DNA of 64,000 bases from Elusimicrobiota bacterium (GTDB lineage Bacteria > Elusimicrobiota > Elusimicrobia > Elusimicrobiales > UBA9959), in contig DAIENX010000007.1 of the NCBI GenBank assembly GCA_027340875.1, positions 1 to 64,000 of the forward strand. The letters are read 5' to 3'. The position numbers were made by a program, and so were the translations under genes. The notes under the pieces were generated by a model. It saw nothing but the letters and a program-made list of their open reading frames with translations. It was not told the origin of the DNA and did no database searches. This document shows positions 1 through 9,412 of the stretch, piece by piece (positions within the stretch are counted from its first letter, which is position 1; every line of letters starts with the position of its first letter).

Positions 1-289
1 CGCGGCCGGCCAGGAACTCGTGCACCCCCATGGAAGGCCTTTCCGCGAAAACCCCCTCGTTGAACTGCACCTGCCTGGCCCAGGTCCCGCGCGGGAACCT
101 CTTGTACGAAACGACCTTCTCGGAAGTCCGCGCCGGCCGGGACAGCGCCCCGAACATCTCGTCGCACTCTATCTCGGCTATGAACGCGGTGAATTCCTTC
201 TCCGGGATGCTGAGCACCCTGGAAAGCCTTAGGCGCCCCATCAGCTTGCCCGTCAGCGAATTCTTCTGGGTATTCCTTATATGGGACAT
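1..289 (-). CDS. Partial CDS running off the window edge; hypothetical, N-terminus loosely resembles the sigma-54 (RpoN) region I
   Basis: Manually translated open frame from ATG at 289: MSHIRNTQKNSLTGKLMGRLRLSRVLSIPEKEFTAFIAEIECDEMF..., no stop before position 1. Not in the ORF track. RpoN resemblance is weak. Confidence 0.55.
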   Translation of the reverse strand, partial: MSHIRNTQKNSLTGKLMGRLRLSRVLSIPEKEFTAFIAEIECDEMFGALSRPARTSEKVVSYKRFPRGTWARQVQFNEGVFAERPSMGVHEFLAGR

Positions 290-359
290 TATCTTGATTA
301 TGCCAAATTGTTCCATAACGCTGCCAATGTCGCGCATCGCCCCGCCGCCGGCGCCGGCA

Positions 360-415
360 GGGCCCACGGCGCCCATAGGTCCAAAAACTCGCCCGCTCTG
401 GGACCTCCGGCTTAT
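360..415 (+). promoter_or_regulatory. Shared upstream motif, copy A (GGGCCCA-N9-TAGGTCC-AAAAA...CTTAT)
   Basis: Aligns by eye with motifs upstream of the secreted-protein genes starting at 5122 and 10744. Confidence 0.55.
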
Positions 416-469
416 GCTAAGAAGGCGCGGATCTGGCATAATATCCATAATACCGCAGGAGGTTTTTAA

Positions 470-1426
470 ATGAACAATACCATAGCGGCGCTACTGCTCG
501 CAGTTTCCGTCCTTCCGGCTTCTGCCGGAGAAAGCCGGGTCCTCGGCGCGGCAGGGCTGGACCTCCCGGCGGCCGCGGAAATGCCTGCCCCCGCGGCGCC
601 CAAGTCCAATCAGTGGAACACCCTGCGCAAGATCTCTGTCAACACCTCGTCGGACATGAACGACGCCGTCATCGGCATGGTGCGGCACGGCCAGGACATC
701 GACACGGTCCTCTCCGAACTCGCCGGGGCGGGCTTCAAGGTCAAGGCCTGCCAGGACGGCCTGGGCGGTTACATGGTGTTCGCTGACGTCAGCGGCCAGG
801 ACGCCGCCGACCGCGCGGTAGGGCTGGCCCGCTACTATTACATCACCGAGGTGAAAGTGAGCCGTAAGGTCTACAACGACATCTTCGGTCTCGCCGACAA
901 GAGCCGGTCGAACTACGCGGTCAGGCAGGGGGTCATCACCGGCGGCATGAACCACAGCCCGGTGGACATCAAGATCGACAAGGCCGGGTGGACGATCACC
1001 GGCGGCATGAACCGCAGCCCGGTGGACATCAAGATAGACCATGACGCCAGGACCATCACCGGCGGCGCAAACCACTCCCCGATAGACCTGAAGTTCGCCT
1101 GGAGCACCGAGGAGGTAACGGTGGACGGCGGAGCCAACCACAGCCCCGTGCACTACACCGTCAACTGGAAGAACGGCCTGCTGGAAGGCTATTCCAACCA
1201 CGCCCCGCTGAAGCTGGAATTCAACATGGACGAGGGCAACGCCGACGCGAAGACCGTGACCGTGACCGGCTACGCCAACCACGCGCCTGTGGAGCTTACC
1301 TACGACAAGGTCAGCGGCCGCATCAGCGGCGGCATGGACCGCAGCCCGGTCGACATAACCCTGGTCAACTGCGACCTTTACGACTTCCTGCAGTACTTCT
1401 TCCTCTTCGTCAGCGAGCAGGCCTGA
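470..1426 (+). CDS. Secreted hypothetical protein with 7 G(G/Y)x(N/D)(H/R)(S/A)P beta-repeats of ~20 aa
   Basis: AGGAGG RBS at 457-462, signal peptide, repeats GGMNHSPVD/GGANHSPID etc., terminator downstream. Confidence 0.85.
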   Translation: MNNTIAALLLAVSVLPASAGESRVLGAAGLDLPAAAEMPAPAAPKSNQWNTLRKISVNTSSDMNDAVIGMVRHGQDIDTVLSELAGAGFKVKACQDGLGGYMVFADVSGQDAADRAVGLARYYYITEVKVSRKVYNDIFGLADKSRSNYAVRQGVITGGMNHSPVDIKIDKAGWTITGGMNRSPVDIKIDHDARTITGGANHSPIDLKFAWSTEEVTVDGGANHSPVHYTVNWKNGLLEGYSNHAPLKLEFNMDEGNADAKTVTVTGYANHAPVELTYDKVSGRISGGMDRSPVDITLVNCDLYDFLQYFFLFVSEQA

Positions 1427-1441
1427 CTACCGGGAAAATAG

Positions 1442-1480
1442 AAGGCCTCCCCCGGGAAACCGCGGGAGGCCTTTTATTTT
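1442..1480 (+). terminator. Rho-independent terminator
   Basis: AAGGCCTCCC...GGGAGGCCTT stem followed by TTATTTT. Confidence 0.8.
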
Positions 1481-1519
1481 CGCGCGATATTTCGGGCGTT
1501 TTAATATATAATGTAAACG

Positions 1520-2383
1520 ATGAAGCGACTCCTGCTGGCATTGCTCATTTCAATCGCCGCGGCCGCCCAGGTCTCTGCCGCCTGGTGGCTGGAGAACGAC
1601 TACGCTTTCGGCTCGAACGGCCTGAAGAAGAACTCGCTGACCGCCTTCGTCAAGGGAAAGAGCCCCTTCACCTCCGGCCTGAGCCTCTCCTTCTACAAGG
1701 ACACCGCCGCCTACCGGGCACGCGTCTATTCTTTCCGCGTCCCGCTGATGTATTCAGGCAGGTCCTTCTTCGTCTCACTGAAACCCTTCCTGTACCCTGT
1801 CTCCTCCTATACCCGTTCCGGCGCCTACGGAGGCAAGCTCTATCTGCTGACCTCCCTCCAGGAAGCCGAGGACGAGAGCTATGCCCACCTGATACTTTCC
1901 GGGGCCTGGGCCAGGCAGAAGGCTTTCCTGGCCGGGGCCGGCGCGCCGGACCGCAAGGAGTTCTCGCAGGCCGCCTACGAGCTGCAGGTGGAGAAGTCCT
2001 TCTACGGCCAGTTCTACTTCCTGGGCTCCGCCGCCGGCTTCCAGAAGCCGGGCGGCGGCGCGTCCAACTCCAACCTGGTCAAACCGGCGCTGGACCAGGC
2101 CGAGCTGGCGTACCTTGGCGTGTTCCGCCAGATAACCGCCATACCGGAATGGGCCCTCTCGGCCCAGATAGCCCGCAATATGCGCCCGGATTTTGACAGC
2201 CATATTTACGCGGGATATAGTAAAATATCGTTCAGGAACCAGGCCAAGGCCGGCTCGCTTACGGGCGGTATCAAGATGAACCTCAACGAGCGCAGCACGT
2301 TAGATCTGGCCTACGACGCCTACAAGGAAGAGAAAGCTCCCGCCAAGAGCTACTACAAGGTCCTGGTGCAGCTTTTCTTCTAG
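1520..2383 (+). CDS. Putative outer-membrane beta-barrel protein
   Basis: Signal peptide, aromatic-rich alternating strands, C-terminal YYKVLVQLFF Bam-type signal. Confidence 0.7.
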   Translation: MKRLLLALLISIAAAAQVSAAWWLENDYAFGSNGLKKNSLTAFVKGKSPFTSGLSLSFYKDTAAYRARVYSFRVPLMYSGRSFFVSLKPFLYPVSSYTRSGAYGGKLYLLTSLQEAEDESYAHLILSGAWARQKAFLAGAGAPDRKEFSQAAYELQVEKSFYGQFYFLGSAAGFQKPGGGASNSNLVKPALDQAELAYLGVFRQITAIPEWALSAQIARNMRPDFDSHIYAGYSKISFRNQAKAGSLTGGIKMNLNERSTLDLAYDAYKEEKAPAKSYYKVLVQLFF

Positions 2384-2394
2384 GAACGGATAAG

Positions 2395-3963
2395 ATGATG
2401 GTAACGCAATCGCAAGAAAGCCTCGAAATGCTGGTGATGGTCAGCCGGCTGCTTTCCTCCAAGCTCGATATCTCGGAACTCCTGACCACCATCATGCGCC
2501 TCGCCTCCCGCGTGGTCGGGGCGGAGCGCGCCTCGCTGTACCTGCTCGACGAGAAAGCGCAGGAGCTCTATTTCGACGTGGCCCTCGGCCTGCCCGAGGA
2601 CGTGCAGAAGATGCGCTTCAAGCTGGGCGAGGGCATAGCCGGCACCTGCGCCAAGGAAGGCCGTTCCATCATCATCAATGACACGGCCAACGACCCGCGC
2701 CATTCCAAGAAGGCCGACTCCAAGAGCGGCTTCATCACCAAGTCGCTGCTGACCTGTCCGATGATCATCAAGGGCAAGGTGATAGGCGTGGTGCAGGCCA
2801 TCAACCGCATCGACGGCGAGTTCCTGGACAGCGACCGCAATAATTTCGAGGCCTTCGCCAGCCAGGCCGCCATAGCCATAGAGAATTCGCGCCTGTTCTC
2901 CACAGTCAAGGAGGAGAAGCGCAAGCTGGAGATAGTCTTCAAGCGCATCAAGGAAGGCGCGATACTCACCGACACCGACGGCGAGATCATCCTGATCAAC
3001 AGCGCGGCGAAGACCTACCTGGAGCACGAGAAGTACAAGTTCACCAACGTCAAGAACGCCTTCGCCGATTTCGAGGTCAAGCCGGAGCTGGGCAGCGTCC
3101 TGGCCTGTCCGGACCAGCACTGCCGCTTCGAACTCTTCCGGGCCAAGCCGAAGAAGTTCTTCATTGACGCCTCGGCCATAAAGCTCTTCAAGGAGAGCCC
3201 GGACGGCAACGAAGTACCCGAGGGAACGCTCTGGGTCTTCACCGACGTCACGGCCCGCAAGCTCGAGGAGCTGATGGCCCGCAACTTCCTGTCGCTGGTC
3301 TCGCACAAGCTCAAGACCCCGCTGGCCTCGATAAACGGCTTCGCGCAGATACTGCGCGACGAGTCCGAGAAGAACGCGGGCATGCCCGACATGGTGAAGA
3401 AGGCCGCCGTCACGATAAACGCGCAGGGCCAGAAGCTAAACCGGCTGGTGGAGAGCCTGCTCAATTTCGTGATGGCCGAGGACCTGGACCAGCCCGCTCT
3501 CACCAGGATAGAGTTCGACGCCGCCGAGTTCCTGACCGAGGCTGCCGAAGGCGCGAAGGCCTGGCTCAAGGACACCCCCGGAGTCAGCATAAAGATAGCG
3601 GTGCCGGAACAGGTGGCCATAAAAGCGGACCGCAAGCTGCTGGCCTCGGCCATCAAGGGCATGATAGACAACGCGGTCAAGTTCAACCCGGCCAAGGACA
3701 AGCTGGTCATACTCTCGGCCCAGGCCAGGGACGGCTTCACGCTGATCTCGGTGGGAGACAACGGCCCCGGCATCCCCGGCGAAGAACTCGAGAACATCTT
3801 CCAGAAGTTCTACCAGGTGGAGGCCTCCTTCACCGGCCAGGTGGAAGGCTGGGGACTGGGCCTGGCCTACGCCAAGAAGATAGCGGAAGCCCACGGCGGC
3901 CGCATCTTCGCCAAGTCCCAACTGCAGAAAGGCTCCGCGATCACCATAGCCCTGCCGGCGTAA
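2395..3963 (+). CDS. GAF/PAS sensor histidine kinase (cytoplasmic)
   Basis: GAF domain (GEGIAG, LLTCPM), PAS-like segment, H-box SHKLKTPL, N-box DNAVKF, G boxes DNGPGI and GWGLGL. Confidence 0.92.
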   Translation: MMVTQSQESLEMLVMVSRLLSSKLDISELLTTIMRLASRVVGAERASLYLLDEKAQELYFDVALGLPEDVQKMRFKLGEGIAGTCAKEGRSIIINDTANDPRHSKKADSKSGFITKSLLTCPMIIKGKVIGVVQAINRIDGEFLDSDRNNFEAFASQAAIAIENSRLFSTVKEEKRKLEIVFKRIKEGAILTDTDGEIILINSAAKTYLEHEKYKFTNVKNAFADFEVKPELGSVLACPDQHCRFELFRAKPKKFFIDASAIKLFKESPDGNEVPEGTLWVFTDVTARKLEELMARNFLSLVSHKLKTPLASINGFAQILRDESEKNAGMPDMVKKAAVTINAQGQKLNRLVESLLNFVMAEDLDQPALTRIEFDAAEFLTEAAEGAKAWLKDTPGVSIKIAVPEQVAIKADRKLLASAIKGMIDNAVKFNPAKDKLVILSAQARDGFTLISVGDNGPGIPGEELENIFQKFYQVEASFTGQVEGWGLGLAYAKKIAEAHGGRIFAKSQLQKGSAITIALPA

Positions 3964-3981
3964 GCTCGGCCAGGCGAAACC

Positions 3982-4015
3982 AAGGACCCGCCGCATTAGC
4001 GGCGGGTCCTTTTTT
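3982..4015 (+). terminator. Rho-independent terminator
   Basis: AAGGACCCGCCGC/GCGGCGGGTCCTT stem plus T run. Confidence 0.85.
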
Positions 4016-4022
4016 GCCTAAG

Positions 4023-4059
4023 AAAAAAGAGATCCCCCGCGCGAACCGCCGCGGGGGAT
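4023..4059 (-). terminator. Rho-independent terminator for the 4079-5122 gene
   Basis: ATCCCCCGC/GCGGGGGAT stem preceded by an A run on the + strand. Confidence 0.7.
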
Positions 4060-4078
4060 GCCTTCGGGTGAAGCGCCG

Positions 4079-5122
4079 TTACTGCGTTATCTTGTCGGTG
4101 TCGCCCTTCTTCATGTAGTCGTTGGTGGAGATGCTGCCGATGCGGCGGAAGCCCCACTTCACGTAGAACTTCTTGGGACCGCGCATATCGCCGGAATCGT
4201 CCACGAAGTCCTTGTCCTTGACGAGGTCTCCCTCGTTGAAGGCGAGCTCATAGCTGGCAGCGGTGTCCAGCGTGAAAGTCTTCTTGCCCTTGCTGCTGTT
4301 GAAGAACAGGAACCCGTCCTTCATCAGCTCCACCTGTATCTCGACCTTCTCTCCGGCATACTCGGCCGCCCACCTGTCGCCGATGGCCATCACGAACTTG
4401 CCGTCGCGGAAGGCGAAGCTGGAGAGGTTGAGGCCCGAGGCGTCCGGAGGCGTGGGCCGGCGGTAATTCGGGGTCAGGTTGAAGGTAAGGTCGAAAAGAC
4501 CCTGCCTGTCCACCGAGTAGCTGTAAGGGGAGTTGCGGGTCTCGAAGTCCACGCGCTGGCCTTCCATGCAGACCGCGAACGATTCGCTCTCCCAAGGGAA
4601 CAGCTGCCTGGGGGCGAGGTTCACCTGAGCGGTGGCGCGGAAGACCTGCCCTATGCGCTCGCGGCAATGCCACTGGCCCTGCTGGCCGCCGAAGTTGCCG
4701 GGATAGTCGTAGTCCCCGTGCGGACCGTAGTCGTTGCCGTTATAGCCGGGGTAACCGGGCTGGCCGGGGTAGTAGTCCTTCTCCGAAGCGGCCTTGGATT
4801 TATTCGGCCGCGGCGGCGGCGGCGGGAGCGGAGGGTTAGGCGGAGCGGGAATGAACCGGCATTCCTCTATATACTCCGTGCTGCTGATGTATTCCCTGCC
4901 CGAGGACTGGGCGAAGGGGCTGGGGGCGAAGCCGAAGTTCTTGCATTCCCTGCTGTAGCGCACGCGGTGGGGGCCGTAACCGGGATAGGGAGACTTCACG
5001 TCCACGCTTTTGGCCTGATCCACGACGCTCTTCACGTCGAGGTTCTGGTCGAAGTTAACTTCAGCGCCGGCCGAGGCGGCAAAGCCGAGGCAGGCGAGTG
5101 CTACGACTATCTTGTTAGTCAT
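4079..5122 (-). CDS. Secreted hypothetical protein with Pro-rich and Gly/Tyr-rich segments
   Basis: GGAGG RBS, signal peptide ending ASAGA, PPPPP and YPGxPGYPG segments. Confidence 0.85.
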   Translation of the reverse strand: MTNKIVVALACLGFAASAGAEVNFDQNLDVKSVVDQAKSVDVKSPYPGYGPHRVRYSRECKNFGFAPSPFAQSSGREYISSTEYIEECRFIPAPPNPPLPPPPPRPNKSKAASEKDYYPGQPGYPGYNGNDYGPHGDYDYPGNFGGQQGQWHCRERIGQVFRATAQVNLAPRQLFPWESESFAVCMEGQRVDFETRNSPYSYSVDRQGLFDLTFNLTPNYRRPTPPDASGLNLSSFAFRDGKFVMAIGDRWAAEYAGEKVEIQVELMKDGFLFFNSSKGKKTFTLDTAASYELAFNEGDLVKDKDFVDDSGDMRGPKKFYVKWGFRRIGSISTNDYMKKGDTDKITQ

Positions 5123-5172
5123 GCGGAACGACCTCCATTTGTGTTTGGAACGGAACTCATCAGTAAAAGTTT

Positions 5173-5249
5173 ATTATAAACGCCGGGCACTCATAAGAGG
5201 CTTTGGTACCAGGACCGGCACATTTTTAGGCCCAGCCCCGGCTGGGCCC
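5173..5249 (-). promoter_or_regulatory. Shared upstream motif, copy B, with TATAAT -10 box
   Basis: Minus strand reads GGGCCCA..TGGGCCT-AAAAA...CTTAT-N14-TATAAT. Confidence 0.55.
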
Positions 5250-5265
5250 CTTGTCCCCTCGCCAG

Positions 5266-5301
5266 AAAAAGGGAAGGGCCGCTATGCGCGGCCCTTCCCT
5301 T
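5266..5301 (-). terminator. Rho-independent terminator
   Basis: AAGGGAAGGGCCGC/GCGGCCCTTCCCTT stem with A run. Confidence 0.8.
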
Positions 5302-5323
5302 AATCATCCGGCGCAGCCCCGGC

Positions 5324-6562
5324 TCAGGCGAGCTTATTGTCCGCCACGACCTTCTTCAGCTCGGTCAGCTCCGGCTTTATGACTATCGGCTTGCCCACGG
5401 ACTTCATCGCGCTCTGCACATCCTTCAAACCGTTGCCGGTGACCAGCAGGACCACGGACTCGTTCTCCTTGACCTTCTCTTCCTTGACCGCCTTGAGCAG
5501 GCCGGCGTAGGTGGCGGCGGCCGCGGGCTCGGCGAAGACGTTCGACCCGCGCGCTATCACGGGAATGGCGGACAGGATCTCGGAATCGGTAACGCTGACC
5601 GCGAACCCCTTGGAATCCCGCACCGCCATCACGGCCGCCAGGCCGTCGCGCGGGATGCTGACGGAGATGCTGTCGGCCACGGTCTGGCCGCTCACCGGCT
5701 GTATATCGCCTCCGGTCTCGAAGGCGCGCTTTACGGCGTCCGACTTCTCGGCCTGCACGGCCACCAGCTGGGGCAGGCGGTCTATGAAGCCGAGGCGGTG
5801 GAACTCCACGAAGCCCTTCCAGATGCCGCTGATGATGTTGCCGTCGCCCACCGGCACGAACACCTTGTCCGGGGTCTCCCATTCGAGCTGCTCGCAGATC
5901 TCGAACGAGCAGGTCTTCTTGCCCTCCCGGGTGAACGGGTTGATGCCGGTGCTGCGGTTGTACCAGCCGTACTCCTGCGAGGCCTTCACGCACAGGTCGA
6001 AGGCGTCGTCGTAAGTCCCCTTCACCATGATGACGGCGGCCCCGTAGACCAGCAGCTGCGCCACCTTCGGCGCGGGAGCGGTCTCCGGGACAAAGATGAC
6101 GGTCTTCATGTCGAGACTGCCCGTCATGCAGGCGAGGGAAGAGGCCGCGTTGCCGGTGGAGGCGCAGGTCACCACCTTCTCCTCCAGCTCTATGGCCCTG
6201 GCCGTAACCACGGCGCTGGCCCTGTCCTTGAAGGAAGCGCTGGGATTGCGGCCGTCATCTTTCACGTAGAGGTGGGGCACGCCTATCTCGTCGCCCATCT
6301 TCTCGGCCCGGTACAGCGGCGTCCAGCCCACCTGCACCGGCGGCGTGCCCTTCAGGCTGCTGACCGGCAGTATGTCCAGGTAGCGCCAGATGCTGCGGTC
6401 CTGGTTCTCGCTCAGCTCCTCGAAATTCATCCTCTTCTTTATCAGGTTGTAGTCGTAGAGCACCTGGAGGTTGCCGCCGCACGCGGTACAGTTGTACTTA
6501 GTGTCGCCGAGCTTGTGGTCCTTTCCGCACCTGATGCACTGCAGGGTCTTGATCTTTTTCAT
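5324..6562 (-). CDS. thrC: Threonine synthase-family PLP enzyme
   Basis: N-terminal Zn ribbon CxxC..CxxC, NPSASFKDR PLP lysine, ASTGN, VPVGDG, EPAAA, TGNGLK; ATG overlaps the upstream TAA. True substrate uncertain. Confidence 0.8.
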   Translation of the reverse strand: MKKIKTLQCIRCGKDHKLGDTKYNCTACGGNLQVLYDYNLIKKRMNFEELSENQDRSIWRYLDILPVSSLKGTPPVQVGWTPLYRAEKMGDEIGVPHLYVKDDGRNPSASFKDRASAVVTARAIELEEKVVTCASTGNAASSLACMTGSLDMKTVIFVPETAPAPKVAQLLVYGAAVIMVKGTYDDAFDLCVKASQEYGWYNRSTGINPFTREGKKTCSFEICEQLEWETPDKVFVPVGDGNIISGIWKGFVEFHRLGFIDRLPQLVAVQAEKSDAVKRAFETGGDIQPVSGQTVADSISVSIPRDGLAAVMAVRDSKGFAVSVTDSEILSAIPVIARGSNVFAEPAAAATYAGLLKAVKEEKVKENESVVLLVTGNGLKDVQSAMKSVGKPIVIKPELTELKKVVADNKLA

Positions 6563-7011
6563 TATTCCAGAGCCTCTTTGAAGAATACCCGCACTTTTTC
6601 TCCGGCGGCCGGTTTTTCCAGCAGCAGCAGCATCGGGACGCACGCCTGGTGCTTGTTGCCGGTGTACCTCGGCATCGCGGCGTAATTGGACACGCCGACG
6701 CGCTTCGCCCGGTCGCCGTCCACGGTGACGTCCCACTCGTCGCGGTTCTGTACGCACCAGACCACGTACCGGCCTGAGGCGCCGGCGACGGCCTGCCCGT
6801 AAGTTATGGCGTCCTCCCTGGCCTGCGCCACCAGCGGAGAGATCTCCCCGCGCCGGTCCAGGGACATGCGGAAACCGTCGAAGGCCGGGCCGAGCCAGAG
6901 CGGCAGCAGATAAAGGGCCGCCAGCGCCAGAACGGGGTAGATGACGAACTTCTTCAGGTTCCTGAAGTTAACCAGCGGCTCGGCGCCGCTCTGGTCGCGC
7001 TGGTCCGTCAT
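6562..7011 (-). CDS. Hypothetical membrane-anchored protein
   Basis: One hydrophobic segment; tightly coupled between carbamate kinase and thrC. Confidence 0.7.
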   Translation of the reverse strand: MTDQRDQSGAEPLVNFRNLKKFVIYPVLALAALYLLPLWLGPAFDGFRMSLDRRGEISPLVAQAREDAITYGQAVAGASGRYVVWCVQNRDEWDVTVDGDRAKRVGVSNYAAMPRYTGNKHQACVPMLLLLEKPAAGEKVRVFFKEALE

Positions 7012-7012
7012 C

Positions 7013-8113
7013 TCAGCCCGGCAGCACCGTGGTGCCTGCTTTGCCGGCCAGCGTCTCCTCGAACAGCTCCGTCTTGGAGATATAGGCCACGCTGCCGCCG
7101 TTCTTGATGAACTCTATGACGGCCTTTATCTTGGGACCCATGGAGCCGGCAGGGAACGGCGCCGGCTTCTGGTTATAAATGACCTCCAGCTCGCTGGCCT
7201 TGATAACGCGCAGGGCTTTCTCGTCCGGCTTCTGGTAGTTCAGCTTGGCGCCGTCCTCGCCGGTGAAGATAGTGAGGCTGACCTCCACCTGCTCGCCGCG
7301 GGCCTTGGCGCGCTTCATCAGCATGCAGCCCAGCAGGGCCGACGCTAGGTCCTTGTCTATCACGGCTTCCACGCCGGTGTACATCTTGAGGGGTTTTTCA
7401 CCCTTGGCGGGCTTCGTGAACTTCACGCCGAAATTGGTGGAATAGGTCTCCTTGCCGTCCGCTACCTCGGCCGGCACCTCGCGCACCGGTATGCCGCCGC
7501 CGCCCACTGTGATCGGCACTATGCCCTTGTCGAGCAGCGCCTCGATGGCGTCTATCTCCACGATGTCCACCGGGGCCGGAGAGGGAACCACGCGGCGCCA
7601 GATCTCGTTGCCTGAGGCGTCTTTCTTGTAGAGCTTAATCTGCCAGCCCTCGGCTTCGCGCTGTTTCGCCTCCTCGGCGGTGTAGGACTGGCCTATGTAC
7701 TTGGAGGGGTTCTGGAAATCCGGGTCGTCCTTGTTGACGACCACCTGCGTCACCACTCCGGCCACGATATTGTCTATGCCGCGGATGTTCAGCACGTTGT
7801 TGAGCTGGGCCAGCATGTAGGACATCGCGCCCTGCGTGTCGGCCACGCAGACGTCCAGCGGCAGCGGGAACATCTTGGGGCGGCACATCTCGGCGCGCTG
7901 GATGATGTTGCCCACCTGCGGCCCGTTGCCGTGGGTTATCACGTACCGGTCCTCGGGATGGGCCTGGAAGATGTCCGCCACCAGCCTGGCGGTATCGGCC
8001 GTGCGCTGCCACTGCATGGCGATGTCCGGGTTGATGACCTTGCCGTCCTTGTCCTTCAGGCCCACGGGGGCCACTTCGTTGCCGCCGAAAGCGAATATCC
8101 TTATCTTTTTCAT
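7013..8113 (-). CDS. arcC: Carbamate kinase
   Basis: AFGGN, ITHGNGPQVG, RRVVPSP, GGGGIPV, EAVIDKD, GSMGPK motifs. Confidence 0.93.
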   Translation of the reverse strand: MKKIRIFAFGGNEVAPVGLKDKDGKVINPDIAMQWQRTADTARLVADIFQAHPEDRYVITHGNGPQVGNIIQRAEMCRPKMFPLPLDVCVADTQGAMSYMLAQLNNVLNIRGIDNIVAGVVTQVVVNKDDPDFQNPSKYIGQSYTAEEAKQREAEGWQIKLYKKDASGNEIWRRVVPSPAPVDIVEIDAIEALLDKGIVPITVGGGGIPVREVPAEVADGKETYSTNFGVKFTKPAKGEKPLKMYTGVEAVIDKDLASALLGCMLMKRAKARGEQVEVSLTIFTGEDGAKLNYQKPDEKALRVIKASELEVIYNQKPAPFPAGSMGPKIKAVIEFIKNGGSVAYISKTELFEETLAGKAGTTVLPG

Positions 8114-8790
8114 TTATTATCTCCGGTTGACTTACCCTCTGAACTGATAAATTCCGCTGCCGCCATCCGTACGGCCCCGCTGAAGGAGGCCAAAGCCTCC
8201 CCGTCGCTCTCCAGCCTGCGCAACAGGCGCAGGGTCAGCTCCAGCTGCACACCTCCGGCCGAAGGCAGGTTGACCAGGTTCCGGGGAGAGGTGCCGGGCA
8301 GGCGCTCGCACGGGGTTTCCGCCGCGAAGCCGGCCTCCTGCAGCCGCCTCGCGACCAGGCCGGCGGCCCTGCTGTTGGCCCCGCCTATGCAGACCCGGGC
8401 GCCGCTGTCCGCCTCGGCATGCACCGAGATGCCGAGCACGGAGGAGGTAGCCAGCAGCACCGCGTCCGGGTCGTCGAAATGAGTGGCGGTCACGTGCATG
8501 CGGAAGCTGTCCCGCCCCAGCCAGCCGCTGAAGACGTACAGGTTGAAGTTCTTGCCGGCTATCCTGCGGGCCAGCCGGGCGGTAGTGTCCTCAATGTCGC
8601 CCCCGTGCATAGCGAAGACGGAGACCGCGGAGCCGCGCGGATAGACCTCGCGGGAATAATCCGATCCCTCGGTATAGGCGGCCCGCATAGCGCTGAAATC
8701 CGGATAGACATCCGTTCCGCGGCGCAGCGCGGCGGGGCCGGCCGAACAGGCCGAAAGCAGCAGAAGAGCCAGCGGGAGCAGGGTTTTCAT
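8110..8790 (-). CDS. Poly-gamma-glutamate hydrolase-family lipoprotein (PghP-like)
   Basis: Lipobox LSAC, HGGDIE, HVTATHFDDP, SVH, NLVN and GVQLELT motifs; start moved to ATG 8790. Confidence 0.75.
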   Translation of the reverse strand: MKTLLPLALLLLSACSAGPAALRRGTDVYPDFSAMRAAYTEGSDYSREVYPRGSAVSVFAMHGGDIEDTTARLARRIAGKNFNLYVFSGWLGRDSFRMHVTATHFDDPDAVLLATSSVLGISVHAEADSGARVCIGGANSRAAGLVARRLQEAGFAAETPCERLPGTSPRNLVNLPSAGGVQLELTLRLLRRLESDGEALASFSGAVRMAAAEFISSEGKSTGDNK

Positions 8791-8917
8791 CGGCAAACCA
8801 ATATAATATAAAAAAATGCCCCCCCTTATCTCCGGCCCGCGGGGAGCCCCCCCGGCGCCCAAATACGGCCTCTTTCCGCTATAATTAAGGCGGGCGCTGG
8901 TGCCCGGGGAGACCTTT

Positions 8918-9412
8918 ATGGGGATGATAGGCAGGCTGAGACGGACCATACTGGAAAAGGCCACGTCGCTGTACGGCCCTTTCCTGGGGGCCGGCATCCG
9001 ACTGGCGGAGATCAGCGCGGATTACCGCTACTGCAGGGTGGAGATGCCCCTGACCTTCTACAACAGGAACTACGTGGGCACGCAGTTCGGCGGGTCGCTG
9101 TACGCGATGGTCGACCCCTGGTTCATGCTGATGCTGATAAAGAACCTCGGCCCGGACTACATAGTCTGGGACAAGTCGGCCTGCATCAATTTCCGCAAGC
9201 CGGGACGCGGCCGGGTGACGGCCGAATTCCGCCTGGAGCAGGGCGTGATAGACGGGATAAGGGCGGAGCTCGGCTCGGCGCCGAAGACGGACCGCACCTT
9301 CAAGGCGGAGATCCGAGACGACTCCGGCCTGCTGATAGCCGACGTGGTGAAGGTGGTGAATATCCGGAAGAAAGCGGGCGCTCAGTCCGCCCCGGTTAAC
9401 GCCGAAGAATAG
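8918..9412 (+). CDS. Hotdog-fold DUF4442/YiiD-like thioesterase-family protein
   Basis: PFLGAGI, NYVGTQFGGSLYAMVDP, VWDK motifs. Confidence 0.85.
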   Translation: MGMIGRLRRTILEKATSLYGPFLGAGIRLAEISADYRYCRVEMPLTFYNRNYVGTQFGGSLYAMVDPWFMLMLIKNLGPDYIVWDKSACINFRKPGRGRVTAEFRLEQGVIDGIRAELGSAPKTDRTFKAEIRDDSGLLIADVVKVVNIRKKAGAQSAPVNAEE

